DNA of 64,000 nucleotides. Origin: Callorhinchus milii (Eukaryota). Below the pieces are notes generated by a model. It saw only the letters and a list, made by a program, of their open reading frames with translations, had not been told where the DNA came from and did no database searches. The position numbers and the translations under genes are program-made. The stretch is from assembly GCF_018977255.1 (NCBI RefSeq), contig NW_024704742.1, positions 101,000,001 to 101,064,000 on the forward strand. Reading direction: 5' to 3'. Below, piece after piece: positions 26,238 to 38,098 of this stretch (position 1 is the first letter of the stretch; every line of letters starts with the position of its first letter).

Positions 26238-27417
26238 AACAGCAACAACTTGCATTTATATAGCACCCTCCACACCGGATGGCATCTCAGAGCCCTTCAC
26301 AGTAACAGATGCCAAGGCCGAATCGGGGGAGGGGGAGGAAGGTGACCAAAGGCGCGGTTGAAAAGAAAGGTCTTCAGCCGAGACCTGAAAATGGGAAGAG
26401 AGGGGACGAGGTGAAGGGAATGAGGAAGGGAGTTCCAGAGCCTCAGGACGTAGTGGCTGAAGGCATAGCTGCAGATGGTGGAGCGGAGGATTCGGGGGAC
26501 AAGGAGGAGGCCAGATCCGGTGGAGCGAAGGCAACAGGCACTGTTGTGAGGAGAGAGGAGGTCAGAGAGGTAGGGGGTGCAGAGGTGTGGGGGGATTTGA
26601 AGACAAGAGTGAAGATCTTGAAGTCAATCCTCTCTGAGACAGGCAGCCAGTGCAGTTTGGCAAGGACTAGGGTAATCGGTGAGCGGAGTTTGGAGCGGGT
26701 AAAAATGCGGGCGGCAGAGTTTTGGATGACCTGGATTTTATGAATGGAGGGGAGACCAGTGAGGAGGGCATTTGAATAGTCCAGCCGAGAGGTGACAAAG
26801 GCATGGACCAGGGTTTCAGTGGCTTTTGGGGAGAGGTATTGGTGGAGACGGGTGATGCGTCGGAGGTAGGGAAAAAGTGGTGCGGGTGAGCGACCGGATG
26901 TGGGGGAGGAAGGATAACTGGGGGTCGAACCTGACGCCTCGGTTGCGTATGGGTTCGGAGAGTTTTAGGGAGAGGTCGGGTAGGTAGAGGAGGTGAGAAT
27001 CATGTGATTTCAGACGTTGATGAGAGCCAAAGAGTATGGCTTCCGTCATGTCAACATTTAGCTGAAGGAAATTTGCGCTCAACCAGCTCCTGATGTCTGA
27101 CAGGCAGCCTGACAGAACATCAGGGGACTGGGGGTCACAAAGTGAGGTGGAAAAATAGAGTTGGGTGTCATCCGCATACATGTGGATGTTTACCCCATGT
27201 CTGCAGATGACATCCCCAAAAGGGAGCATATAGATCAGAAAGAGGAGGGGGCCAAGCATGGATCTTTGGGATGCCCCGCAGGTAACCGTGTGAGATCGGG
27301 AGCAAAAGCTGTTTGTGCAGATGTACTGCTGGTTGTTCGTGAGGTAGGACTTGAACCAGGCGAGTGTGGTCCCACTGAGGTAGATGACGAAATAAAGGCG
27401 GTGAAGGAGGATGACAG
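26238..27417 (-). mobile_element. L2 LINE 3' portion including RT core
   Basis: ORF 26816..27445: [54 protein letters not shown]; (TTG)n tail at ~26240. Confidence 0.95.
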
Positions 27418-27419
27418 TA

Positions 27420-27672
27420 CTCAATTGCGTACAGCAGTGTCCCACAAATAGTCATGGATTGAGTGATCAAATTATTATTTTTTTTTTGAAGGAATTATTA
27501 CCGCCCAGAAAAGCAATCTGCCGATCGACTAATAACCAGATTGCTACTTACTGCTAGGTAAACAGAGCCGTGTGGAGTAAGAAAACTTGCCCAACGTTTC
27601 GTTCTGCCCGGGAATCAAACGCAGGTCCTCATGCTGCAAGGCAGTGCTCTAACCACTAAGCTACAGATCTCC
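27420..27672 (-). mobile_element. tRNA-Ala/CORE-like/Deu SINE, long form, 3' part absent and joined to L2
   Basis: Head at ~27670, CORE-like ctctgtttacctagcagtaagtag, Deu domain broken at ~27420. Confidence 0.85.
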
Positions 27673-28723
27673 TTATTTTCTTACAGCCTTACGTTTGGCG
27701 GACTCCCTCTTCCATTTTCCTTTGCACGGTGTCCAGCCCTGTACCTGTGAAGTGCTCGAGGCATTATTCTATATGTGAAGGATGTTACAGAAAATACAAG
27801 TTATTGTTGTTTTCCCTAATTTTGAAGAGACATGAGGTCACATCTTAACTTTTTTAGTTTTATTAAAATAAGGATCTCATACCTCAAATCTTATACGTGC
27901 TCATCCTCATAGAATTGCTAAGTAGCAATTGAAAGTGTGAACTCTGAGTGATTTTCTCCCCAACTTGGGACTTTGAGTCTAATTGTAGAATTCCTGCTGC
28001 TGCTCTGTGATCAGGTAATTCAGACGTGGATCGAACCTGGGACCTTCTCCAATTTGTTTAGCTCAGCTTTTCACTGGATAAAACCATGAGGGAAGCAACA
28101 TTGCTTCCTGTACACCAAATATTTGATGTGATAAACTTGAATTGATCTTTTATGGATAATTAATTAATAACTGTAAAAAATGCTTGAGACCCCACAAATA
28201 ATTTTACAAGAATAAATACTGATCCTGTAATGCAAAATCTTTCATGTATTTACTGTACATATAAACCTAACACCATCTTTTCAATTTGTTTGCATTTCAT
28301 ATGAAATATCCAGTTCATTAAATTCCATGAAATTGCATTAGAGTGGATTTATCAAGCACCTATCATTAAAGTAGCAATCTATTTGTTCAGTCTTGTGAAT
28401 TCCATTAGGAGAGATCACTATTTTAGTGATCTGTCTATGATAGACCTTAATGTTTCCTAGCCATCTTCATTATTAATGATCTCCTCAATTCTGGGCATTA
28501 ATAAAAATTGATTTGTGTTACTCTTCCATTTCAATGCTGAAAAGTAACAATTCAGCTCATGTAGAAGATGATGCACTTTCAGCAATAATAATAATCTTTG
28601 CATTTGATATAGCATCTTTCACTTCTGGAGGATGCCTCAAAACACATCACCGTCATCATCATCACTCCTAACTGCTTTTTTTTGCTCTCATGACCAAATC
28701 CAGGTCTCACCGGGCAATATTTA

Positions 28724-29058
28724 CATGGTGTCCACAAAGTCCTGTTATCCACATGTTTTTTTCTACAGTGTGCTGTCCAACTACTGAAACATGTGGAAGA
28801 TTGATGATAATTGTAGTTAGAAGTACTTAATTGTATTCAGTACAAGTGTTTACCTGTATTTAGATATCCAGAAGATTGGTATTAGCGGCTATCATATTCA
28901 TGGAAGATAATGATCTGTGGCTATGTTCGGTGGGACATCTTCTGTAACACGGATGGATTGATGAGGTGAAATACATCTATGACAGTTTGTTTCAGCTTCT
29001 CCATACTCTCATATGCTGTTTTGTAACAGATGGGTAAGAGGATTTTGTGGACACCATG
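28724..29058 (-). mobile_element. Tc1/mariner deletion derivative with TIRs and TA TSD
   Basis: TA|CATGGTGTCCACAAAGTCCTGTTATCCA ... TGGGTAAGAGGATTTTGTGGACACCATG|TA (28-bp TIR, 3 mismatches); minus strand encodes a transposase C-terminal relic YESMEKLKQTVIDVFHLINPSVLQKMSHRT*. Confidence 0.85.
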
Positions 29059-29639
29059 TACAATGCTGATTTTCTTATGAGGCTTCTCAGCTATGGTATT
29101 TGTAATGATCCTTGGTGGCCTTCATGGTTTTAGTGATTTTTTCCAAAGTTATAGATTATTATTGTACTATCATTATAAGAACTTCAAACTTCCAAATACT
29201 ATAACTGTTTGCATAGGTCTACATTTTCTTCAGCATTTTCAAAAAGAACTTCAGACCCTCGGCTGGATCCCCAGTGATAGAAACCAATGTTGTATTCTGG
29301 AATACTCTTGTCTTTAGTGGTTCAGTGAACCTGCCTTTGTGTCTGTGAAATTGACTTTCTTAGCAACTTAGTTCTTCAAGCACTTCTCTCCACAGATGTA
29401 AGATGTTTGGACAGCTCCTCGAGGAACATTTTAAGTGTTAATATTCCAAAAAAAGTGACTCAGGCCTTGTGAGAATCACAGGGGAGTTTAAAAGGTAAAG
29501 CAATTTTCAAAAAGAGTAATAACAAAATGAAAACACAAAGAAGCTTAGCAAGAGCAATAAACCTGCAGAAGGAAAATCCCATGAGAAGCATAAATGCCTC
29601 GGAAGCTGGACCCAGTCAGGGTAACGACAAATGGAAGGA

Positions 29640-31900
29640 GAGACTTTAGATGAAAACAGAAGGTCTTTAAAATGGTTCTGGAAGCTTCCTTGGAGCAAGC
29701 TGGAATTGCAGCAAAAGCAACTTATGACCAAGCACGGCATGAAGCTAAGAAAGTCATCAGAGAAATGAAACGAATCAATGGGCTGCATCACACGAAGTGG
29801 GGCGCAATTGAACAAGGACAATCCCAAATCTTTCTTCTGCTGCCTGAAGTCTGTGGTTGGCCATGGCCAGAGGGACCTCTCTGGACCCGTACCCAGTATT
29901 GGACAAGTTTGGTGTTTACAACAGACCCATGAGATTATCCTTGGAGTTTGGTGGGAACATTACTCGGAGTTGACGACTGACTCAACAGGCTGGAAGAGCT
30001 GTCGGGTGACGTGGACCCAATTGAAGGCCTAAATGAGCCAATCCACTGGGAGAAGGTGGACTCCACACTGCAGCGCTAATGGCAAGCAGTTGGTGTGGAC
30101 GGCATCAATGTTAAATTCCTAATAGCTCCTCAGAGGAAGGGGAACAATGAGGATCTCATAGGTCCAAGGCAGGAACCCCAACGCACCTTGGAGCTGCCTT
30201 CCTAGCACTGGTCAACAAGATTCTCTCTGAGATATGCACCCCGTCAGAGTGCCAGAGCGCAATTGTGGTGTCTGTCCACAATAAGGGTGACCCTAGCAAA
30301 ACTGGTAACTACTGGGGATCTCGCTGATTTCAGTGGCTCTTAAAGTGGTGCTTTGGGTAGTCACTGCAGGTATATCACATGTATTGGAGGCTCGCGGTTT
30401 TATCAGGAAGGAGAAGGCTGGCTTCTGTTCTCATGAGGAATCTATCAGACAGGTTATAGCTCTGTATGAGATTGCAGAATATCGTAAGGCTGAGGGAAGA
30501 CCACCTATATTGCATTTATTGACTTTTGCAGGGCTTTTAACCTAACGCCTCAAATAGCACTCATGATGAAACTGGAAGCCATGGGAGTTCATGGCAGAAT
30601 TCTGGATTTTATCCGGAATGTGTATTCCAACTCCAAGATCCATGTAAGGGTTGACAATTGACTTACTGAGCGCTTTCCCTCTGGAAAGGGGGTTAAGGCA
30701 AGGCTGCCCATTGTCACCCACACTGTTCAATATGTTCAACTACGATGTGTTGGATGGCATCAAGGGGGGAAGGACTTGGTGTATCAGGCCTCTTTGACAG
30801 GATTGTGGCGTTTTTGTTTGCAGATGATATTGTGCTGGAGTTGGACTTACTTTGGGACCTTCTGTGCTGCACCTGCCATCTTGAACACTGGGCCAACTGG
30901 TGGGACATAATGGTAGGCGCCTCAAAGCGCAGAATCCCAAGGGAAGACATTAAGGGAATTGATTGGAAGGTACAAGGGGCATCAGCCCCAATTGTTGACT
31001 CTTATCAGTACCTCGGGGTCATGTTGGACATCAACTTCAGCCTGGACACTGTCCTGAAGGACTGTGCTGAGAAAGGGCGAAGGGCGCTCTGATCATGCTC
31101 ATCTCTCTTCAAGGACAGCAAGGTCCCAAGGTCCTTGTGGCATACAAGACTTATGTCAAACAGTCCTCCTTTATGAATATGACCTCCTGGAGATGCAGTG
31201 GAGAGGCTTCCTCCAACCCATTTGCAAACTCCAGGATCAAGCAGTGAGATGGATTTGTGGCAAACACGGGAAGCTGCTACAGGGAGGGAGGGCTCTAGCC
31301 TGTTGCTAAGCACCCTGGAGGCGGAGATGGCTTCACAATGGGCACATCTATTTTCCAAAGCGGTTCGCATGAGGACCTAGATTGAGCAGCTGGTACTGAG
31401 TAAACCTGATACAGGCCATTGGACTTGGAACCTCAAGAACATCAAAGTGATTAGCACATTACAAGCTGTCCTGCAAAGGTCCTCCACCACACTAAAGGCG
31501 TATGCCCGCCAGATAGCTGATGTGAAAAGTCTGAGGCTTGGGGCAACAGCTCCTGGAAGGCGAAACCTGAAGTCCAAGTTTGTGAACACACGCTCGTATA
31601 TCCAGGCAAGCAGCTGTTTCTTAAACTCCACACATCCAATTCATGGAACCATCACTCAATGGGAAGGATGTGTGCTCGAGCTGCGGACAGGAAGATGGTG
31701 GCAATGATCTCATGCATTTCATGCTGAGACGTGATGCCCACTGGGAAGCTTGCAAGGAGTTCCTGGTACCTACCATCCACCTATTGAGGGCTCAAATGCG
31801 CGCTTGTTGAATGTCATGACTCGTGACTATCTTCTTGGGTGGGGGGGTGTTGGTAGGTAAGCCAAGGTCTGAACTAGCTCCAAAGTGACATGCCGGCAAT
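29640..31900 (+). mobile_element. Decayed non-LTR retrotransposon ORF, RTE/RTE-X-like (not CR1 or L2)
   Basis: Across frameshifts: WWEHYSELTTDSTG, LNEPIHWE, GVDGI, KGDPSKTGNY.GISLISVALKV, EKAGF..EE..QVIALYEI, TYIAFIDF, RGLRQGCPLSPTLFNMF, LFADDIVL, YQYLGV, C-terminal HFML and FLGG. Confidence 0.85.
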
Positions 31901-32139
31901 GGAATATCGGAATTGATCCAGTCCTCTGTGGCGGTCTCGGTAGTCTGGTTCCTGAGCCAGGCAGATCCGCAGTATTCCGGAGCACTGCTCACAATAACAC
32001 AGCCAACCTTGCTCATCAGCAGGATCTGGAAGGGCAGACTAGTTACTGGAGGCAGGGAGTCATCAGAGTCAGCTCCTGTTTAAGAGATTGTTTAAGGATT
32101 TATTAATATAATTATATTAAATTAATGTTTAAGAATCTT

Positions 32140-32276
32140 CCTGTTTCCCCGCCGTCTTTCACTCTGCCCCACCCTGACCCCCAGCTAGGGTCCTGATCCC
32201 TGTCTGTCCAGCGCCTTGGGACGTCCTCCTGACGTGAAAGGTGCTATACAAATGTAATTTTGTTGTTGTTGTTGTT
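32140..32276 (+). mobile_element. L2 3' tail
   Basis: CAGCGCCTTGGGACGTCCTCCTGACGTGAAAGG..TTGTTGTTG. Confidence 0.85.
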
Positions 32277-32646
32277 TAAGCCTTCAAACCAAAGCGCTAA
32301 TGGGTAGAGCAGTCTAGCTGGTCAAGCAGCGGGAAAGCTTGCTGGACAACAATATCAATGGCAAGCTGCCCGGTTTTAGCTGTTTAGACTCCAGTAGTAC
32401 CCCCAACGCACACTCTGGGGTCCTAAGTCTTGGCTCTTGCCAACCTGCACCTAATACTTTACAGAATTAAGTAAGCAGGAGGCGTCCCTCCAGGGAGAGA
32501 GCGTGCATTCCACTCCAACAATCTCTCTCTGGAATTTCCATGTGTGGGTGGGTTGCATGGAAATCTCAGCTTGGTTTGGATAATCTAAAGCATGGTTTCC
32601 GCATCTGTCAAACACCCAAGTGAAAAAATATTTTAAAAGGAAAGTA

Positions 32647-32753
32647 CAGGGTGACCAAAAAGTTGGGATATCATTGCAATGTTTAATAAGTCTTAAAGAA
32701 ATTATGATTTTTTTTGATAATAGGGTAGTTTTCACAAATTCTGCGTCACCCTG
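32647..32753. mobile_element. Short Tc1/mariner-type MITE
   Basis: TA|CAGGGTGAC ... GTCACCCTG|TA with imperfect TIR extension to ~23 bp. Confidence 0.65.
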
Positions 32754-33074
32754 TATATGCACTCTGAAACAAAGGTTTTATTTCTGTCTGTTCAGGTCCA
32801 CATTCCCATTGCACTATTCACAAAAATCCCATTGCACTATTCAAAAAGAGAAAGGAGTTTCTCCTGAAGCCCTAATCAACAATCCCCCAAAATAAAATGA
32901 TCTGTTTGTGGGACATTATTGTGCTCAAACTGGCTGGTGTGTTCACCTAGCAATACGCAGTGACTACTGTTCATAGTAAGATCCTGTGAGGCACTTTGAG
33001 ATATCTCAATGACATGATAAGTGCAAGCGAGGATTATTATTTACTTACAGCTGCTTATAACTGAGTACCTTGTT

Positions 33075-33390
33075 GCCTTATAAACCTATCTGCTCTCTCT
33101 GCTCAGCAGGGTTAGCTCCAAGTCCCCTGCCCAGTCCGCCCTACCATTAGTGGACCTTCAGCCTCTCTGCCCCACTCTCTGGAACTCCATCCCACATTCC
33201 CTTCACCTTGCTCCCTCCCTTGCCTCCTTCAAGGCATGCCTCAAGACTCTCTGCCTTGACTGTGCCTTCGGCCACCCTCCTATCCTCTCCTATCCTCTCT
33301 GCCCTCCACCCTCCCTGATCCCAACCCCCAACCCACTCGGGTCCTAATCCCTGATGTGAAAGGCGCTTTACAAATGTAATTTTGTATTAT
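33075..33390 (+). mobile_element. L2 LINE 3' fragment
   Basis: TLWNSIPHSLHLAPSLASFKACLKT and L2 tail. Confidence 0.85.
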
Positions 33391-33814
33391 ATAGTATTGT
33401 GTATAATCTAGCAGCTATATTCTAGTTTATTTTCATATCCATACAATATGACTCATGTAAGCTGATCACAATGTAAATACAGTCATTACAGGAATATTGT
33501 ATGTGTCCACATGATGGGCAGGAATAATTTGTGGATTTTAGTCACTTAACTTAGTACATCGGTGTTAACACATTACAACACTGCCATTTTCACCCTGCAA
33601 TTGGGAAAAGTTCCCGTGAGCATTAATGTTAATCGTCTTATGCAATGTTGGCTATGAATGGGATTTCCAATAATGATTAATGCTGCTCGTACCAGAGTTC
33701 TAAGGACTTTGGAGCAGGAGCAGGCCATTCAGGCTGTCAAACCTTTTCTACAATTGTATTGCTCATCCTATGTATTGCTCTACGAAAATCATTATTTTAA
33801 GTGGAGACCAATAT

Positions 33815-34097
33815 GAAACCATAGGCAAGTTTCTTTATTCCACACCTCTATTTACCTCGCAGTAAGTAAGAACCCGGTTGTTCGCAGATTCGCAGATTGA
33901 TTTCCGGGGTTAATAATCCTTTCAAAAAGATAATAATAATTTTGTCACTCAATCTACAACTGTTGTGAGAGACTGATGTGCTCAATTGGCTGCCGTGTTT
34001 CCGCCACAAAATATACAGTCAACTTACTTTACAGTGTATTCTGTGGAGTGCTTTGAGACGTCTCAACAACATGATAAGGTGCCATATTAAATGCAGG
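33815..34097 (+). mobile_element. tRNA-Ala/CORE-like/Deu SINE, long form, head lost
   Basis: ggcaagtttctttattccacacctctatttacctcgcagtaagtaag, Deu domain and tail. Confidence 0.8.
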
Positions 34098-35499
34098 GAG
34101 TGTTAGTATCAATTTGTTTTCTCTTCTCTACACAGATCAAAATAAGGTACGATGATGTTGAAAAAAGAGCCATGCCACAAATCATACAAAACCAGGAATC
34201 CTGGATTTTTGCCCCTTTCTCTATCTTGGAAAAAAATGCTTTAGTATCAAACCTCACTGAGAATACACGCACTGCTGCTCTGACTGATTGATCCTGGATC
34301 ATTTGTGTCACTCAGAGTCATATCACATAGAATATTAATCACCTGAACCTGAGGGGGAGCCTTCATTGCATAACGTATTGCACTTGTATGAGAGAAGGGA
34401 AATGTAACAAAGTTAGCCTACATTAGCTCCTGGAGCTAGCTTCTGCAGAACTGGACATCGAGGCCTCAATTGCCTCATTAATATCAACAAATATGATGCC
34501 ACTGTATCTGTAACAGTAAAAAAAAAGCCTGCTGGCAAGACCAAAATAACATACCTCCAGAGAATACAAGCCTCTGATGCAAACACACAAGACAGATTGG
34601 TGTATAGAATTGAGCATTATTAAAATGTAAGAACATACAGAATTTTGAAAAATTCTTAAATCGTGTTAGTTTTTAAGTAAGACTGCAAAAAAAACAGGTT
34701 TCAAACCTATGATTACAGAAATGTTCAAAATTCTGCAAGTTCTTTAAAACAATGGGATTCAGACTTCAGATATGACCTAATTACCTTTTTGTCTCTTTAA
34801 TTGTCTCTTTAATTCTTAGGAACTTCAGGCTCATAGTCTAGGATGACACTCTAATCTTTGGGGAGTTCTGCATTGTGGGAGGTGTCGTCCATTGGATAAG
34901 GCAGTAAACAAAAATCCCTCTGCCTGTTCCAGTCCATATTGTTAAAGATCCCAAAGCACTATTTAAAAATCAAAGGGAATTTCTCCTGATGTACTAGTCA
35001 ACAAACCCACCGAAAAAAAATTATTCATTCGCTTCATGGCTGCTTGTCAGTCATTGCTGTGTGTAAATAGCCTACCATATCCACCTACGGCTACACAGTT
35101 GCTACACTTTACAAAATAACTCTGTGAAGGTCTTTGAGACATTTCATAATAATAATCCTTGCATTTGATATAACACCTTATCGCACTTTCGAGACTTCTC
35201 AAAGCACTTCACAGAATATATGGTAAAGTGTAGTGACTGTATATTTTGTGGGCGAAAGAACTTTATGTTAAACATGTACCTAGAATGAACATGTGGAGCA
35301 ATATTTCACCTTGATCTAAATTTTCTTCCAGAGCATCCAGAATTTGGCAAATTGTTGAAATCAGTCTTAGCTTTGAAGTTGGTTTGCTGTAGTTCTGTAG
35401 TGCCACATTCTGGCCTCTAAAATACTGGATAAATAGAGTAATTCTAAACCAGTTGGAATTTCTTCTCAATAGACTAATTTTTCTGTGTTTGGTCCATAG

Positions 35500-35960
35500 T
35501 CCTGGCATACAGCTACCAATCCAATTAACAGTGAACGTATCGACGAGATCAGAATTGGCTAAAGTTATGTCACGGTGCCCCCAGGAAAATAGTCTGCATT
35601 TATGTGCTGGTATTTCTGCATCACATACCACCTGAACATTAATAGAATGGAAGGTTTTCCTTTTAAGATATGTGTGTGAATTCTCAGCGGGCCTGTGGAT
35701 GATTATGAGGATATGTATGAGAGTGTTCAATAGAGTGAAGAATAGCAGAGTATCTTGGTCTATTGCTGCTTTAGGGATTTTGGATAACAAATAGAGAAAT
35801 GTTCCTTCTGAACAGATCAGCACTGAATTGAGAATGACTTTGGACACTGCTGACTGAATGAAACCCATTGTAGCCTTGCCTGGAGTTTGGAAACTGCCAG
35901 CAGTTTAGAAGGCAAAAGCTGAGTTCACTATTGCTGAGAATGTCTCTCCAGGCCCTCACT
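35500..35960 (-). pseudogene. PIF/Harbinger (HARBI1-like, DDE_Tnp_4) transposase relic
   Basis: GSFQ..MGFIQSAVSKVI followed by IHRPAENSHTYLKRKTFHSINVQVVCDA, matching the Harbinger NRKGFHSINVQxVCD motif; stops and frameshifts around it. Confidence 0.75.
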
Positions 35961-36401
35961 TACAATTCCTCACAGAGTCCATAAAGGTTTCATTTATCCA
36001 AACAACCAAAATCCCAAATACTGAGTGTCAGACTATCCTATAACCTAATGTGACAGCTGTAAATTTTGAGGGCTGCTGCTCTCTCAGTATCACTAATAAA
36101 TGTCAGCCATTGTGAAACTGACAGACAAGATTGGACGTTGCAATACATATGCAGCTGATAAAGAAAATCCTTAGATTTGACCCAGCACCTTTGATATCTA
36201 GTCAAGTCACTATATGTGACAGAGTAAGGGGCTTGCATTTTAAGAGTACATATTAAAAAATAAATATCCTTGTGTCTATGGCAAGAATTCACTTCACACT
36301 TTTATAGCTGTTGGATCATATTATTCTCTAAGGTGATATCGATCATCCAGTTCTTTAGCCAGGTGAATCCAGAGTACTCCAAAGTAATTTTGATGACAGA
36401 T

Positions 36402-36630
36402 TACAGAAGGAACTGGGAAAACTCAGCAGGTCAGGCAGCATCTATGGAGAAAGGAAAGTGAGTCAACGTTTTGGGTCCACGACCCTTCATCAGAAAGTTC
36501 TGACGAAGGGTCGTGGACCCAAAATATTGACTCACTTTTCTTTCTCTATAGAATCTGCCTGACCTGCTGAGTTTTCCAGTTCTCTCTGTTTTTCTTTCAG
36601 ATTCTAGCGTCTGCAGTATTTTGTGTTTTG
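36402..36630. mobile_element. Palindromic Penelope-like (pLTR) remnant with two minimal hammerhead-like motifs
   Basis: ~93-bp inverted arms centred on 36496-36497; each arm has CTGA(T/C)GA-AGGGTC-GTG-GACCC-AAAA; flanked by the 12-bp direct repeat TTGATGACAGAT (36390-36401, 36631-36642). Confidence 0.8.
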
Positions 36631-37656
36631 TTGATGACAGATCAACCTGGTTCATCGACAGGTTTGAAATGGTAGACCAGTCATTGGGAGCAGGGATTCT
36701 TTCTACTTGGCTCCTGCTAACCCTGCAAACCAAGACCCTAACAGGTAATGTGGACAAGTAGCATGAAGTTTGCCTGACAATGCTTAAAACTATGTAGTTT
36801 TAGCAGATTAAAATCCAGCATTATCCCAGCACACACTCTAGGGTCCCCAAGCCTTGGCTTTCACCAACTTGCGCCTAATACTTACTGAAATTAGATAAGA
36901 AAGATGCTTTCATCCAGGGAGAGATTGTATATTCCGTTCCAGACACAGGAACATTTCCATGCATAAGTGGCATTCATATGTGGAACTTTGATACTCTTAA
37001 GCTTGGTGATGGGTTTCTGCTGTATCAGCTGATCAAAAAGATAATATATGTTCTCAGTGTCTGACACTATAATTTGTCTACAATGTGCAAGGCAAGCTTT
37101 GTACAGTCCTCATTCAGGTCATGTCGGATGTCACCTCATCTTATTTAATGCTCTCACAGTCAATTCCAATTTACGCTGATTGTTTTCATAGAAAGTTTTC
37201 TCTAGGGTTGAAAGACACCAGATGGATTTAGGAAGATTAAGTGTGTTTAAACACATGCAAAACTTGATATCTTCAAGATAGTACAAATCTTTAACTGCTG
37301 GTGGTCTGAATGAAACAAGGATTAAATAAAACTGAAAATGCCATTAACACTAGGTGATTGCTAAAGGTTTTTTCAGTGGGTATAAAAAGAAACTACGGAT
37401 ATTGGAAATGTAAAATAAAAGCAGAAACCAGAGAAATTGCACACTAGGTAAAACAATGCCTGAAACAAAAGAAAGGTTAACTTTGCCAGTGGCATCCTTC
37501 ATCAGAACTGGAACTGAGCTGATAAGACCTCATAGGAGGACAATAAGGACCAGATTAGGAGAAATTAAAATATTAGAAAGAAAATTCAAGGACTAACTAC
37601 AAACTACAAACAAAAAGTAGGCATTAATAACCATTATGTATTAATGTGCATTGTTT

Positions 37657-38098
37657 GTCAGCCTGGCTAAGTTGGTAGCACTCTTGCTCCTGAGTCAGAA
37701 GGTCAGCACCTTGGGACATCCTCCCGATGTGAAAGGCACTATACAAATGTGATTTTGTTGTTGTTGTTGTGGGTTCAAGCCCCATGTCAGGGTTTGGAAC
37801 TCACTTTAGTGTTGTGCTGGGTGTGTGTTGCATTGTTAGAGGTGCCATCCTTCAGATCAGACATGAAACTAGACTCTCTTCAAATGAACTCTAAAGAACC
37901 CATGGTACAATTCAAAAAGAGAAAGGATTTTCTCCCAGTGTCCTGGCTCCATGCCATGATTCAATTCCCCAAATAAAATTGGTCATTTTCTGTTTGTAGA
38001 GTTTTGCTGTACATAAATGAAATATCACATTTGCCTAAACAATTCGCAGTCACTACACTTTATAGTGAAGTGCAATATCAAATGTAAGAATTATTATA
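37657..38098 (+). mobile_element. DeuSINE (SacSINE1-like) with an L2 tail inserted in its head
   Basis: gtcagcctggctaagttggtagcac..tcagaaggt [L2 tail 37704-37767] tgtgggttcaagcccc.. then Deu body. Confidence 0.85.

Noticed and set aside
34110..34291. Strong plus-strand acceptor (ttttctcttctctacacag) followed by ~50 open codons
   Set aside because: No recognisable protein and no convincing partner exons; pyrimidine tracts like this are common by chance
35263..35868. 201-aa ORF as an intact HARBI1-like gene
   Set aside because: Only short stretches match the transposase; catalytic motifs are lost and the frame shifts
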